This document shows, piece by piece, positions 12,324 to 25,100 of a DNA stretch of 64,000 nt (positions within the stretch are counted from its first letter, which is position 1; every line of letters begins with the position of its first letter). Source of the DNA: Stegostoma tigrinum (taxonomy: Eukaryota). Position numbers and translations under genes: made by a program. Under the pieces are notes generated by a model. That model saw only the letters and a list, made by a program, of their open reading frames with translations, did no database searches and was not told the origin of the DNA. The stretch spans positions 23,787,033 to 23,851,032 of the forward strand of contig NC_081360.1 in NCBI RefSeq assembly GCF_030684315.1, written 5' to 3'.

Positions 12324-13040
12324 TGGACAAGGTCAGAAATCACATGACACCAGGTTATTTTCCAACAAGTTTATCTGAAAACACAAATTTTCAAAGTCTT
12401 ATTCCTTCTTCAGGTGTTAATGAGAGAGGTGGTACCAGGCACATGATTTGGAAGTAAAAATCAAAGGGTCACACCGCTGCTGAGGATGTACTAAACAAAT
12501 CTCAGATGCTGTTAAATATTTAATCAGTGAGAAGGTTTCAACTGATTAATATGTATATGCACATGTAAATCCCCAAATTTCTTCGAAGTCGCTGTCCTGA
12601 GAGAACTAAAGGTTTTATCAGTGTAAAGAAGAGGTGACATTCCCGGTCAGACAGTGCGTGTTAACTGTGAAGCCTCGTTTCGTATCTGTTTGTGATCTGA
12701 TTTGGAGTTACACTGGTTTTATTTCTAAAGTTGGAATTTATAAAATGCCACATTGACTGATTGTTGATAAATTGTGCATTTTTAAACAAAATAGAATGTA
12801 TCTGCAAATACAAATTTACCCTGCAGATTCATGTGCGTTTGTGTGTGGGGGCAGGGGAGAGTGAGAGTGTGAGTGTGAGAGAGTAAGTGAGTGTGTGTCT
12901 GTAGAGACAGATGACTAAAGACTGTGTGTGAAGGAGAGTGAATCTGTTAATTAGTGAATCAGATTAACTTGTTGGAAAATAACCTGGTGTCATGTGATTT
13001 CTGACCTTGTCCACCCCAGTCCAACACCTCCACATTTCTT
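12324..13040. mobile_element. Penelope-derived element bounded by perfect 48-bp inverted repeats
   Basis: 12324-12371 is the exact reverse complement of 12966-13013; degenerate hammerhead core on the minus strand at 12413-12389; GT/GA-rich interior. Confidence 0.7.
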
Positions 13041-13561
13041 GGCTAAAGCCTTTGCTTGGCCTTCCTTCATGAAGGATGGCACTTGCTTATGCCATAAAGT
13101 AAAAGCAAACTACCAAGGTTTCTGGGGAGCTGAAATAAAAGCAGAAAGTGCTGGAGAAACCGAGTTGCGTGTGGTAGAACCTTGGGCCCCAAAGTACAGT
13201 CATACAGGACTCAATGTTAACTCACTCCACAGATGATCCCAGGCCAGCTGACTTTCTCCAGCATTTCCTGTTTTTCAAAATTCAGACCTCCAGTATCCGC
13301 AGCACTTTGCTTTTACTTGAGTATTTAATTCAGTGCGACCTGTCTTCCAGGTATACTTTGCTTGAGGACATTTTGTTCTCTTTCTGATTGAATTCTGTTC
13401 AAACATTTCAGCTTTGGGTTCTGAACAAGTCATATTGCTGTAAAATTTTTAACTCTGGCTCTCTTGTTTTAAGCAGTCTTTGAGCAATTTGACAATGATA
13501 TCCAGTGGTGTTGGAAACAAACTGCCTCTCCAAAATGCCACAATAATATTGAGTGACTTAC

Positions 13562-13665
13562 CACAGCAAAATGCAAGTGATCATCCCCTAGTTCATTCTT
13601 AATCTTCCGAAACAAGCTGGTGACTGCCTTGCATGGACCACACCAAGCCTGATACACATCTACCA
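13562..13665 (-). CDS. NME9: NME9/NME8-like coding exon 3, thioredoxin active site (VVDVYQAWCGPCKAVTSLFRKIKNELGDDHLHFAV)
   Basis: WCGPC motif; acceptor gtttttggcag, donor GTG|GTAAGT; 104 bp, phase 1 to 0. Confidence 0.95.
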
Positions 13666-14199
13666 CTGCCAAAAACAGGTAACATAGTTTCATATTAATT
13701 CCAGCTGCCTGAAAAGGATAAAAAATTTGTTTTAAAATAGATTATCCAAAGTAAATGAGTGTGAAATTATCAACTGAATTTGTGCCATTTTATGTTTATT
13801 GTGAAGACAATTGTATATCACTATGTGTTTGGCATGGTCAGGGTTTCTTTCATTATACTTTCCATATTCTCCTATTACTGAGATACAGGCTTAGCCACAA
13901 TTATTGTACAACCCCCAGCTGTTGCGAAGATATTATGAGCTAATCATGTCACGTTGACTGACGTCATGTGGAGGATAGAACAAACTGTGCCACTGCTTCT
14001 CATTCGTAGCTGAAACTCTCAATACCTTTGAACCTCTAGGCCTGAATATTCCAATGCTTTCCTAGCTGGCCTCCAGTGTTCTCTTCTCCTTAAGCTTACC
14101 TTAAACTCTGCTGGCCATGTCACTATTTGCAGCAAATCCCTTGTACCTAAAATCAGTGTTTGCTAATGAAAATTTACAGTAGGATTAGATTACAAGAGC

Positions 14200-15240
14200 A
14201 GAGAACACCTGCTCCAATTGTCTAGAAAACTGGTGAAACTGCACCGAGTGTTATGCGTAGTTCTGGTCTCCTTGCATAAGGAAGGGTATACTTACCAGAC
14301 AGGGTGTGCAGCAGAGGTTCACCAGACTGAATACTGGCATAATGGGACTCTTATGAGTGGGGATTCAGGTGGCTGGGCCCGTAGTCACTTGAGGTAAGAA
14401 GAATGAGAAGCAATCTCATAGAAGCTTATGTAGACAGATAGAATCAATGCACAAGGGCAGCTTCCCCTGGCTGTGAGGTCGAAAACCAGGGGGCACTGTC
14501 CACCGAGACCAACATCAACTGCGCCTGGAGGACCATCAATGTGGTGAAAGATGCTCTTTGGTCTGCCCGCAACTTGCTAGTCTGCCAGCTGAAAGAACTG
14601 ACCCCGACCGAGTGTTGCAGACTGGTGCACTCCAAGGTCCAGGACTATGTGCTGAGGGACGGGCTAAAGCTTGGGGCAGCCGCCGCCAAGGCGCGGTGGG
14701 GAAAGACCACCATATGAAACCCCTCGTCCAGAATAGAAACAAGGGTCCAGCTGGCGCCTTCCCCAACTGGTCAGGGGGCCAACGGGGACTGTGCGGGGAG
14801 ACGACTGCCGGGGTATTTTCTTTACTTTGTTTTTTTTTCTTTGTTTTGTTTTTTCCTTTAGTTGGTGTACGTACCCCTTGGGTAACCCGGAGCGGCTTGC
14901 ATGACTGGGTAGGTGTATAAATGTTTTATTTTTTGTACATTCTATGAATAAAGTATATTTTTTCAAATAAAAAAAAACAGGGGGCACTGTCACAGAAGCA
15001 GAGGGAAACCATTTAGGATGAAGACAAAGAGCAAGTTCTTCATTCAGATGTTGGTGAATCTTTGGAATTATTTACATGAGAGGACAGTGGAAGTCTATAC
15101 ATGAAGCAAGTTCAAGATATACGTCAATAGGTTTCTAGGCACTAATGATGTCAAGGAACATGGGGATAGTGTGGGAATTTGGTGCTGAGGTAAATGATCA
15201 GCCAGGATTTAAAATGGTGGAGCAGACGATGCTCAAGCAG
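14200..15240 (+). mobile_element. Old CR1 3' fragment, split by a Tx1 insertion
   Basis: Degenerate RT C-terminal sequence (YC.QFWSP, QRRFTR, TRGH-like) on both sides of 14501-14977. Confidence 0.7.
14501..14977 (+). mobile_element. 5'-truncated Tx1/L1-clade non-LTR retrotransposon with poly(A) and 14-bp TSD
   Basis: Open frame TETNINCAWRTINVVKDALWSARNLLV...RLVHSKVQDYVLRD...RWGKTTI* (stop 14715-14717); AATAAA and A-tail; TSD cagggggcactgtc at 14487-14500 and 14978-14991. Confidence 0.85.
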
Positions 15241-15810
15241 GTTGGTAGGGCTGAGTGGCCCACAACAACACTTATGTTCCTATAACGGCTGGCCTACTAG
15301 CTTACAGCCACATCGCATGAAAACAACAAGACATTGTCCTCTAAGCCTACAACCTTCTAAGATATCTGTGCTCATCTAGCTTTGGCATTCTGCATATGTT
15401 TGATCTTACTCTTTCCGCTCTTGTCTCCTGTGCCTTCAGTTGTCAGGGTCCTGACTGTGGAATTCATCATTAAACCTGGCCACCTCTCATTAAAACCTGC
15501 TGCACTGACCAATCTTTTACTCATCTAAACTTCAGATCTCCATACCTGGCCCAATATTACATCTGGTTAGATAACACCCTTGAGAAAGGTCTGAAAAGTA
15601 TTTCACTAATTGCCTAACTGCAAGTTATTATTTTTATTGTTTTCCGATGGACATCATTGAATTAACCAAGGTTTTACAACAATCCAACGCCTTTCCTGAT
15701 CAATAAATGGAGCCAGCTCATAAACTGAGAGACTTGTTTTAATCACCATGGTGAAATTTTTAACCTCATGACCTTCTGGTCAGCTGCTCTACTATAAATA
15801 CCTATTTCAA

Positions 15811-16686
15811 CTTTGTTCCTCTCTGGTGTTTAAACTACTAAAGCATGCAAGGAAAAGCTTCATAATTACTATCAAAGCAAGCATACCTTGCTCACTAGTC
15901 AATTATAATATGTCACCTCAGGGCATTCATTATCAAATTGAGCTTCCACACCCGAGATGGAATCACATGGTCATTTGGGTTCTGTCATCACACTTCTAAT
16001 TTCGTCTGTAGCTACTGATTTCTGTGTATGTCAATTTACTCTCCTTATTTGCTGAAGGTGTTGTATATGAATGAGTACATGCCGCTAGCTTGTAGGGGTA
16101 TTGACGTCGCATGACTTGTATCTGTCTTGCATCTGGTTGGCATTCATTGGTAATGACTACCGTAAGGAGGAAAGTGTCTGCAATTCTGGAAATGCCATGA
16201 TTACAAATGTATTTTTGTTGCAGTAACCAAACTAAACAAGGCCTATTTACCGTTGATGTAAACTGGCAAAATGTTTGACTTTAGGAACTGAAAAGAAACA
16301 TGGCTGCTGGATTTACAGAGGAAGCCAAATGTTGTTTTTTGCCTTTTCTTTGAAAGCAAGTCATGTCAGCGAGCTGTTAAAAGTTCATTCATTTGAAAAA
16401 TCAGTCAGGTTTTTTAAATGTTCATCAAATGAGAAAAACTCCTGGAAGAACACCACTCCCATATTAAAACCTCTCAGGATGGAAGTTTTCAAGCCCCTGG
16501 ATGGTGTGGGCATTGTTGAGTAAGTTGGGAAAATGGTGTGGAATGGCCGATGAGGATCTCCTTGCTGTCATTCATTTTCCAACATGCTGAATGTTGACTA
16601 GTGAGCAAGGGTTTGGTGGCTTTGATAGGAATTATGGAGCTTTTCCCTGCATGCTTTAGTAGTTTGAACACCAGAGGGGAACAAAG
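15811..16686. mobile_element. Unclassified element with ~92-bp terminal inverted repeats (MITE or DNA-transposon relic)
   Basis: 15811-15902 aligns to the reverse complement of 16594-16686 at roughly 88-90% identity. Confidence 0.7.
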
Positions 16687-19600
16687 ATTCTCAAGATTAC
16701 CTAATCACACCTCATTATTAAGCGGTTTCCTATTCTCCCACTCCCTGGACAGCAATAACACAGCAACATTTCCCAACATCAAAGTCAGAATGACTGTAGC
16801 TCTCCACTTGCTCCACCAGACTTCCATCTTGGGCACCAACATCTCAGGGTACATTCCATGGGGGGCAGCAACCTCATGCATCCCTCCCCAAACACCGTCC
16901 TTGGTACTTGACAAGGACCAGCCCCACCAACCCTCATGGCACAGCTCTGTTCTGCTTGCAAGAAAGTTCTGAGCTTTCAAGCTGACCTTTGAAGGGCACT
17001 GGCACCTATCATTGCAACACTGTTGCCAGGAGACTTTGTGGACAGGTAGCAGCGTAATGGATCAGATCAGGCAACTTCTCAGGCCTCCTTGCTTGCTCGC
17101 TGAGTCCTCAATCACTTTGTGCCCCCTTGGAGGCTTGCAGCATCTGTACTTTGCCTTTTTTATGCTGTTTATCCCCTCAGCCAGAGTTTAAATGTTCATT
17201 GTGCTTCCATCTTGCCTTGCTGTTGGTACGGGCATGAAGACAGGCAGATTGTCATGGCTGACAGCAGTCATCAGTGAAGAGCAGGACATGTTGATGTACA
17301 TTACCCTGCTACATCAATCACTCACCTGCACCATGTGCCAGCAGCCAGGCAGCAAACAATAAGCCCATCTGTCAACCAAACAGTCGTGTCCCAAAAGTCT
17401 GAGAGTAATCCTCAGTCGAGTCAAGTGAGATATGCTCCAGTAAGGGTCCTGGCACAAAGGCAGCCTTTGATATCCACCTACAGGCTTGGTGACACTTAGC
17501 CATTCAAGGGTCCATATTTCAATAGTCTGGGGAGCAGGCCCCACTTAGCCCTACGGATCTAGGGCAACATGTCTGGGAGTTGCAGTCAGTCAGTCGGGGG
17601 TGGCACATCATCAGGTGGGGGCCGGCCATCCAAAACTGTCAAAGGGTTGGACCACAACCAGTCCTAGGGTTCCATCCACTGAAGGTCAAGGGAGTTATCA
17701 GGAGCCAATGCTGCAGGAGGGAATGCAATGGTGGGAGTTGGAGGGAGGATGCTGGGATACAAATAACAAATGTGAAGTGAAGACAAGTCAACATATAAGG
17801 TAGGTGGCAGGAGATACAGCTTAGAGGGGTAAGGGGTAATGTGCAGGGTTGTCATAAACAATCAACACCACCTTGGCTCTGATGCAGGTTGAGTGTCCCG
17901 CATACTCCTATATCCAACATGTCGACTCAATATCGAGGTTGGATGGGAAAGTAGGAAATTCAAAGCCAGCGGATTGATAGGGAGGGCTACCAAGAAGGCA
18001 CAGTGTACATTTGGCAGTTTCCCTGATGGTAGACGTTGAGTCCGTGGCTCTCTGTGAGAGGAGTAACTGTTGTTTCCTTCAATCATGACACAAATAACAA
18101 GGGTGCAATGGGGCTGAAAATGCTATGTCCGCACCGACAGTGGGCAGTGTAAGTGTTTCATTCTGTGAAGGTGGAGCTTCACTTTCAAACAAAGGAAAGG
18201 CCCTTCAAGGGCAACACAACATTACACAGGCCCCCATTCAGTACACGTGAAAGACATTTGTGAGCACCTCACAATGGATGTGAACTTTAGATGTTAATTG
18301 ACTGTGTGGACTACAAATCCTGGCGCAAACACTCTTGATCACATACAGCATCAGGAATCAATCCTAGTAATGGGCTGTGGCGCACAATGCACTGTAACCC
18401 AGAAAGATACACCATGAATGTGGTGATCATCTTCCAGGTTCCCATAGCCTGCTTATGATGCAGGAACCACTCACTCCATAGCTTGGTCTATAAAACCTCA
18501 CAAGGTGCTCAGGATAGCTGGGCCCTGCATATTGAATCTTATACTTGCTGTTAGTCAACATGCAGTGAGAACGTATTCACAATAAAGTGTCACCCTTGCC
18601 ACAAATATGCCCTCAGAGAATCTTCATTTGCCCTTCGTCTCTCACTGTGTCTTGGGATAACCCAGCAGTGGCCAGTAACTCTGCCTGTGGAAGTTGGACC
18701 CATGGCGACATGGTGCAGAGGTGATGAGGTGAGTTCAGGAAGGTAGCATTTGAAAAACCTGCCAGGCCTCAAGGGGAGAAACCCTCAGTGAAAATCACCA
18801 ACACTTATACTTATCCAATTTCTAGTTAAAAAAAAATTCAGATCTCAGTCGCCAGTGGACAAGTCAGAAATGAACTGCGTACTTGCACTGTTCCTGTGTG
18901 GAGGATAATTACCTCATCAGTACTAACTTCCTCGGTGAACCTTTAAATGTAAGCGATGCTCTGTATAAACCAAATACGTTAGTTCCTCCATTTAAAAACA
19001 GTGGCCATGGCAACCTTATACAATCAAAGCCAGCATTCTTACGGAAATAGCACCAGTTAGAAAATATGGAATGGAATTTCCTGTGGGGGTTTATTTGCAA
19101 TGTTAAATAAAGTACTTCCGATTGTAAACCCATTTTTACAACATCCATTTTCTCTTACGTTTCCTGCCAATTTCTATCATGCAGCAGAATGTAAAGTTCA
19201 ATGGAAGGAAAACGAAGACAGCATCAACAATTTGACACGTGGGAAGCGCTGAACTCAAAACAGTTATTCCTTCTTCAAATATCAGACATATAGTTTTAGG
19301 TCAGCTATCAGTCTGCACGTTAAGCAAAGCAGAGGAATCTGTAACTGTAGGAACTTTTCAATTTTTTTAATCTTACAATGATGCCAAAAAAGAAGGAACA
19401 TTTGGGTAACAGATCATAGTGAAGAAATACTTTTTAAAAACCATTGGCTTCCCTTAAGATGTGTTCAGGCGAGAAAATTAACACAAATGATCAAGGAAAT
19501 TTGGGCATAATTATGTGCATATCAAGCACTTGTGCTTCAGCCTGATTGAGTTCATCAGCTATTTGCTGTACACTCTGACTATGTGTTTAACTGGATGCAA

Positions 19601-21367
19601 ATTCACTGAAATAACACCCTCCTCACTCCAAACCCATTCTAGTGTGACACCTCCAAAGCACCAAGTTTCAGTGCTGTTACAAGGGTTATGTGGCATGCAG
19701 TTTGAATGGCCTGCAGTTTCCTGCAGCTAACTATCAGGAAAGCTGAAACCACTGTATCTGGCCACTGCCACGATTGTTGTTCCTTTGACATGAATTTGAT
19801 CTCCCTCCTCAGCTAATGTCAAGCTGAACTGGACTGTTTGTAACATCAGCACCCTGTTCAACTCCGAGCTAAGCTTATTTATCACCCAGACAAACATTGC
19901 CAATCTCTATTTCCAAAGCACTCCCTGCCTCTACCATGTCTGCCACTGATATCCATATTCATGTCCAGATCCTCTCCTGGTTGCCTTCCATTCTTGACAC
20001 TCTTTGGGCTGAACTTCCCCAGCCACGAATGACATGGATTGTTGAGGAAGTTGGGAGAATTGCATGACATCAGCAGTGAGGAGCTCTCTGCTGTTGAGAG
20101 CAAAACATCCTATTTTCTAACATGTGTTACACAACGAGTTGAGATTCACTCTGAGAAGCTTATTTGCATGCACTAGCATGTCATTTTTGTCACCATGCCT
20201 CATTGATACACAGTTCCCCATTCTCTCACCTGTTGCATGGATGGCGACAGTTCCTGACGTGAAAACTGGAGCCGTAACCTGGCAACTCCAGCTTGGTGCT
20301 AGCTCCTCCAGTTCTCTGTCAGTCACCAACCTCCCAAGGCATACTCCATGGGCAGTGACTGCACATCTACTCCTCTGCCATCCAGCAGGACCTCCAGGTC
20401 CCTGTTGGCAAAAGAGGGTGCCAATTGTCCTCTGTCCAACATGTCCAAGGAAGATAAAACCAAATGCACCAGGGCATGTGCAACCTGCCTGCCCTTGACT
20501 GGGTGCTGGCTGAGCTTTAAAAACTGTGCCGGGAAGTCCAAGAGGTCGTGGCAGTGGACAGAACTTTAGCCTGTGGCAAATTAGACAATGAGCCACAAGA
20601 AAGTTGCTAGAGCTCATGCAGAGAAAAACCGCAGGAAACTCACAGAAAAGCCCTAACCCTAGCCACTTTCTAGTAAGATTCCACCCCATAAGTGATATCT
20701 CATTCAAAACCTTGTTTCTTTTATCTATCCGTCCAAACCCTGAGAGCCATTACCTCTGGCTTCACTGAAAGTCATTAATTGCTTATCTACTAATGCCTTA
20801 AATTTACAAGTATCATTTTTAAGTTTACATCTTTCCGTAGTTTAACCCTTCCTATTTTTGTAACCTCCTTCAACAATTTCATCCCCGGTATCTTTGGTTA
20901 TTCACAAGCTCGGGATTAATTTAAGTTAAATTACGCGACCTTTCCATTTACTTCTGCTGATTGAAGATTTAATACATACTTCTTTCCCTTGTAATCTTGA
21001 TCACTCAACATCCAGTGTTTCCATACATCGGACACGCCTGGAGATATTTTGGGCATGAAGGACGTAAAACAAATACATTTTGCTGTATTATTTACTGGTT
21101 GCCATAAAAGGTGATTTGGAGGAACTCTGAATTTCATGTGTGAACATTACCTGCATGCTAATTTAAGATGATTTTTACTGCGCAATATTAGTATCAAATA
21201 TTGTGATGTATTGATAGCTGCATCCTTTCTATTTCAGCAAAGGTGTTGTTCTGTCTATTCTGAAAACTTCTGTTAAAATAGTGGACACAATAGTTTCATT
21301 CAAATGTAATGGGTTCATTATTACCTATCGTAGAAATGGCTGAATTTAGCACAGACAGGTATCTTAC

Positions 21368-21425
21368 CAGTTAGTCCAGTAATAGCCAACATGTCATCCC
21401 ATTGCTCCTGGTTCAAGATGGTCAT
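21368..21425 (-). CDS. NME9: NME9/NME8-like coding exon 2 (MTILNQEQWDDMLAITGLT)
   Basis: Acceptor tttttggtgcag, donor G|GTAAGA, 58 bp, phase 0 to 1; fits the start of the Trx domain. Confidence 0.88.
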
Positions 21426-21932
21426 CTGCACCAAAAATAAGGGAGTATTCGTTGAGTGTGATTTAGGGCCATTGCAAAGAACAAAAGTCAGAATACTTTG
21501 TTTTAAAGTTTATTTCCCATTAACAGGAGGTACTTTCCTCGTCAGAGGAAGAATACACAAAACAATTTGAAATGGAAAGAGCAGTGGAGGTTAATATCTG
21601 TGAAAATTGGTGCTATCTTGGTAATCTTAGAAAACACTATTACCGCGCCCCCACCCCCCCACCTGCCGTGACTGTGTGCTCAGTGTGAGTAGTTTAAGCT
21701 CTGCTCCAGTCATTAAAGGAGTTTACATTGTTTGATTTGCAACAACACTTCAAATAACATCCATGGCTGTTCTCCATCAGAGGCATTAACTGCCTCAAAT
21801 ATGCCATTAATTCTTGGATCTGCATGAGTGCTGACAAATTTACCATCCCTTAACTAACATTCACACCAAAAACAGTTCACTGATCATTCTTATTTTTGGT
21901 TAAAGGACTTTTTTGTGTATAAACTAATTGTT

Positions 21933-22045
21933 GGGCCTCTTGTGGCTTAGTAGAGGTGTCTCTAGATCGAGAGACCTAAGTTCAAGTTCCACCTGCTCCA
22001 GAGGTGTGTAATAACATCTCTGAACAGGCTGATTGGAAAAAAAAA
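21933..22045 (+). mobile_element. Short (~110 bp) tRNA-like SINE; other copies at ~33320-33405(-), 39100-39145(-), 42195-42290(-), 53110-53212(-)
   Basis: Shared gttcaagt.ccacctgctccagaggtgtgtaataacatctctgaaca; A-box- and B-box-like motifs; A-tail. Confidence 0.7.
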
Positions 22046-22129
22046 GTTAAATTTTTTTTTAAAAGACTAATTGTTTAAATTGCCAGTTTGCCAGTCACTA
22101 TTCTTTGAATAAAGCCATTAAAATATGCA

Positions 22130-25100
22130 GAACTTAGAAGCTTAGAACATAGAACACTACAGCATAGTACAGGCCCTTCGGTCCTCGATGTTGCGCCGAT
22201 CTGTGAAACCAAACTGAAGCCCAGCTAACCTACACTATTCCATTATCATCCGTATGTTTATCCAATGACCGTTTCAATGCCCGTAAACTTGGTGAGTCTA
22301 CTGTTGCAGGCAGGGCATTCCACGCCCTTACTACTCTCTAAGTAAAGAAACTACCTCTGACATCTGTCCCATATCTATCACCCCTCAATTTAAAGCTATG
22401 TCTCCTCGTGCTAGCCATCTCCATCCGAGGAAAAAGGCTCTTACTGACCACGCTATCTGATCCTCTGATCATCTTGTATGTCTCTATTAGGTCACCTCTT
22501 AACCTTCTTCTCTCTAACGAAAACAGCCTCAAGTCCCTCAGCCTTTCCTCATAAGATCTTCCCTCCATACCAGGCAACATCCTGGTAAATCTCCTCTGCA
22601 CCCTTTCCAATGCTTCCACTTCCTTCCTGTAATGCAGCAATCAGAACTGTATGCAATACACCAAGTGCGGCTGCACCAGAGTTTTGTACAGCTGCAACAT
22701 GACCTCATGACTCCGAAACTCAATCTCTCTACCAATAAAACCTAACACACCGTACACTTTCTTAACAACCATATCAACCTGGGTGGCAACTTTCAGGGAT
22801 CTATGTACATTGACACTGAGATCTCTCTGCTCATCCACAGTACTAAGAATCTTACCATTAGCCCAGTACTCTGTATTCCTGTTACTCCTTCCAAAGTGAA
22901 TCACCTCACACTTTTCCACATTAAACTCCATTTACCACCTCTCAGCCCATCTCTGCAGCTTATCTATGTCCCTCTGTAACCTGCAACATCCTTCTGCACT
23001 GTCCACCACTCCACCGACTTAAGCGTCATCTGCAAATTTACTAACCCATCCTTCTACACCCTCATCCATGTCATTTATAAAAATGACAAACAGCAGTGGC
23101 CCCAAAACAGATCCTTGCGGTCCACCACTAGTAACAGAACTCCAGAGTGAACATTTTGCATCAACCACCACCCTCTGTCTTCTTACAGCTAGCCAATTTT
23201 TGATCCAAACCACCAAATCACCCTCAAGCCCATGACTCTGTATTTTATGCAATAGCCTACTGTGGAGAACCTTATCAAACGCTTTACTGAATCCATATAC
23301 ACCACATCAACCGCTTTACCCTCATCCACCTGTTTGATCACCTTGTCAAAGGGCTCAATAAAGTTTGTGAGGCACGACCTTCCCTTCACAAAACCATGCT
23401 GACTATCCCTAATCAATTTATTCTTTTCTAGATGATTATAAATCCTATCCCTTATGATCTTTTCCAACACTTTACCCACAACCGAAGTAAGGCTCACTGG
23501 ACTGAAATTACCAGGATTGTCCCTTCTCCCCTTCTTGAACAAGGGGATAACATTTGCTATCCTCCAGTCTTCTGGCACTATTCCTGAAGATAATGACGAC
23601 AAAAAGATCTGCACTCTCCTCCCTAGCTTCCCAGAGAATCCCAGGATAGATCCCATCCAGCCCAGGGGACTTACTAATTTTCACTCCTTCCAGAATTGCT
23701 AACACCTCAATCCTGCCTAGTCTAATAGCCTGTATCTTAGTATTCTCCTCAATAACATTGCCTTTTTCCTGTGCGAATACTGATGAAAAATATTCACTTA
23801 GCACCTCTCCTACCTCTTCGGACTCCACGCACAACTTCCCACGACAGTCCTTGACTGGGCCTAATCTTACTCTCGTCATTCTTTTGTTCCTGACATACCT
23901 ATAGGAAGCTTTAGGGTTTTCCTTGTTCCTACCTCCCAATGACTTCTCATGTCCCCTCCTGGCTCTTCTTAGCTCTCTCTTTAGGCCCTTCTTAGCTAAC
24001 TTGTAATTCTCAAGCGCCCTAACTGAGCCTTCACACCTCATCTTTACATAAGCCTCCTTCTTCCTCTTGACAAGAGTTTCAACTTCTTTAGTAAACTATG
24101 GTTCCCTTGCTCAACCACTCCCTCCCTGCCAGACAGGTACATACTTATCAAGGACACGCAGTAGCTGTTCCTTAACAAGTTCCAGATTTCAATTGTGCCC
24201 AATCCCTGCAGTTTACTTCCCCATCCTATGCATCCTAAATCTTGCCTAATCACCTCATAATTGCCTTTCCCCCAGCTATAGCTCTTGCCCTGCAGCATAT
24301 AACTATCCCGTTCCATCACTAAAGTAAGCGTAACCGAACTGTGGTCACTATCACCAAAGTGCTCGCCTACCTCCAAATCTAATACACGGCCTGGTTCATT
24401 ACCCAGAACCAAATCCAAAGTGGCCTCAACTCTTGTTGGCCTATCTACATACTGTGTCAGGGAACACTCCTGCACACATTGAATAAAAACTGACCCATCT
24501 AAAGTACTCGATCTATAGTGTTTCCAGTCAATATTTGGAAAGTTAAATTCCCCCATAACAGCTACCCTGTTACCTTCGCTCTTATCCAGAATCATCTTGG
24601 CATTCCTTTCCTCTACATCTCTGGAATTTCTCAGAGGCCTATAAAAAACTCCCAGTAGGGTGTCCTCTCCTTTCCTGTTTCTAACCTCAGCCCATATTAC
24701 CTCAGTAGATGATTCCTCATCAAACGTTCTTTCTGCCACCGTAATACTGTCCTTGACTTAAAATGCCACACCTCCCCCTCTTTTACCGCAGAACCTAGAA
24801 CAACCATTCCTCTGTACCTGCTCTATCCATGTCTCCGAGATGGCCACACATCGAAGTCCCATGTACCAATCCATGCTGCAAGTTCACCCATCTTATTCCG
24901 GATGCTCCTGGCATTGAAGTAGACACACTTCAAACCACCTTCCTGCCTGCCGGTACACTCCAGTAACCTCGAAATCTTATTTATGACTTTACTACTCTCA
25001 ACCTCCTGGACACTGGAGCTACAATTCAGGCTCCCATCCCCCTGCTGAATTAGTTTAAACCCTCATGAAGAGCAATAGCAAATTCCGTTTCCCCCCCCCC

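Noticed and set aside
16700-18800. GC-richer stretch with many short ORFs, possibly a PIF/Harbinger relic
   Set aside because: No convincing DDE motif could be read in any frame; left unannotated pending a tBLASTx/HMM search.
18913-19080. Possible cassette exon (minus strand, AG...GT bounded, 168 bp) in the NME intron
   Set aside because: Contains a stop codon in the phase required by the flanking exons.
19760-20710. 196-aa and 124-aa ORFs; possible Myb/SANT-like transposon ORF
   Set aside because: Non-ATG or weak starts, no recognisable domain and no splice support; probably an old repeat.
21151-21228. Strong minus-strand donor CAG|GTAATG at 21150 with a candidate upstream exon
   Set aside because: Stops in the NME reading phase; no coherent product.
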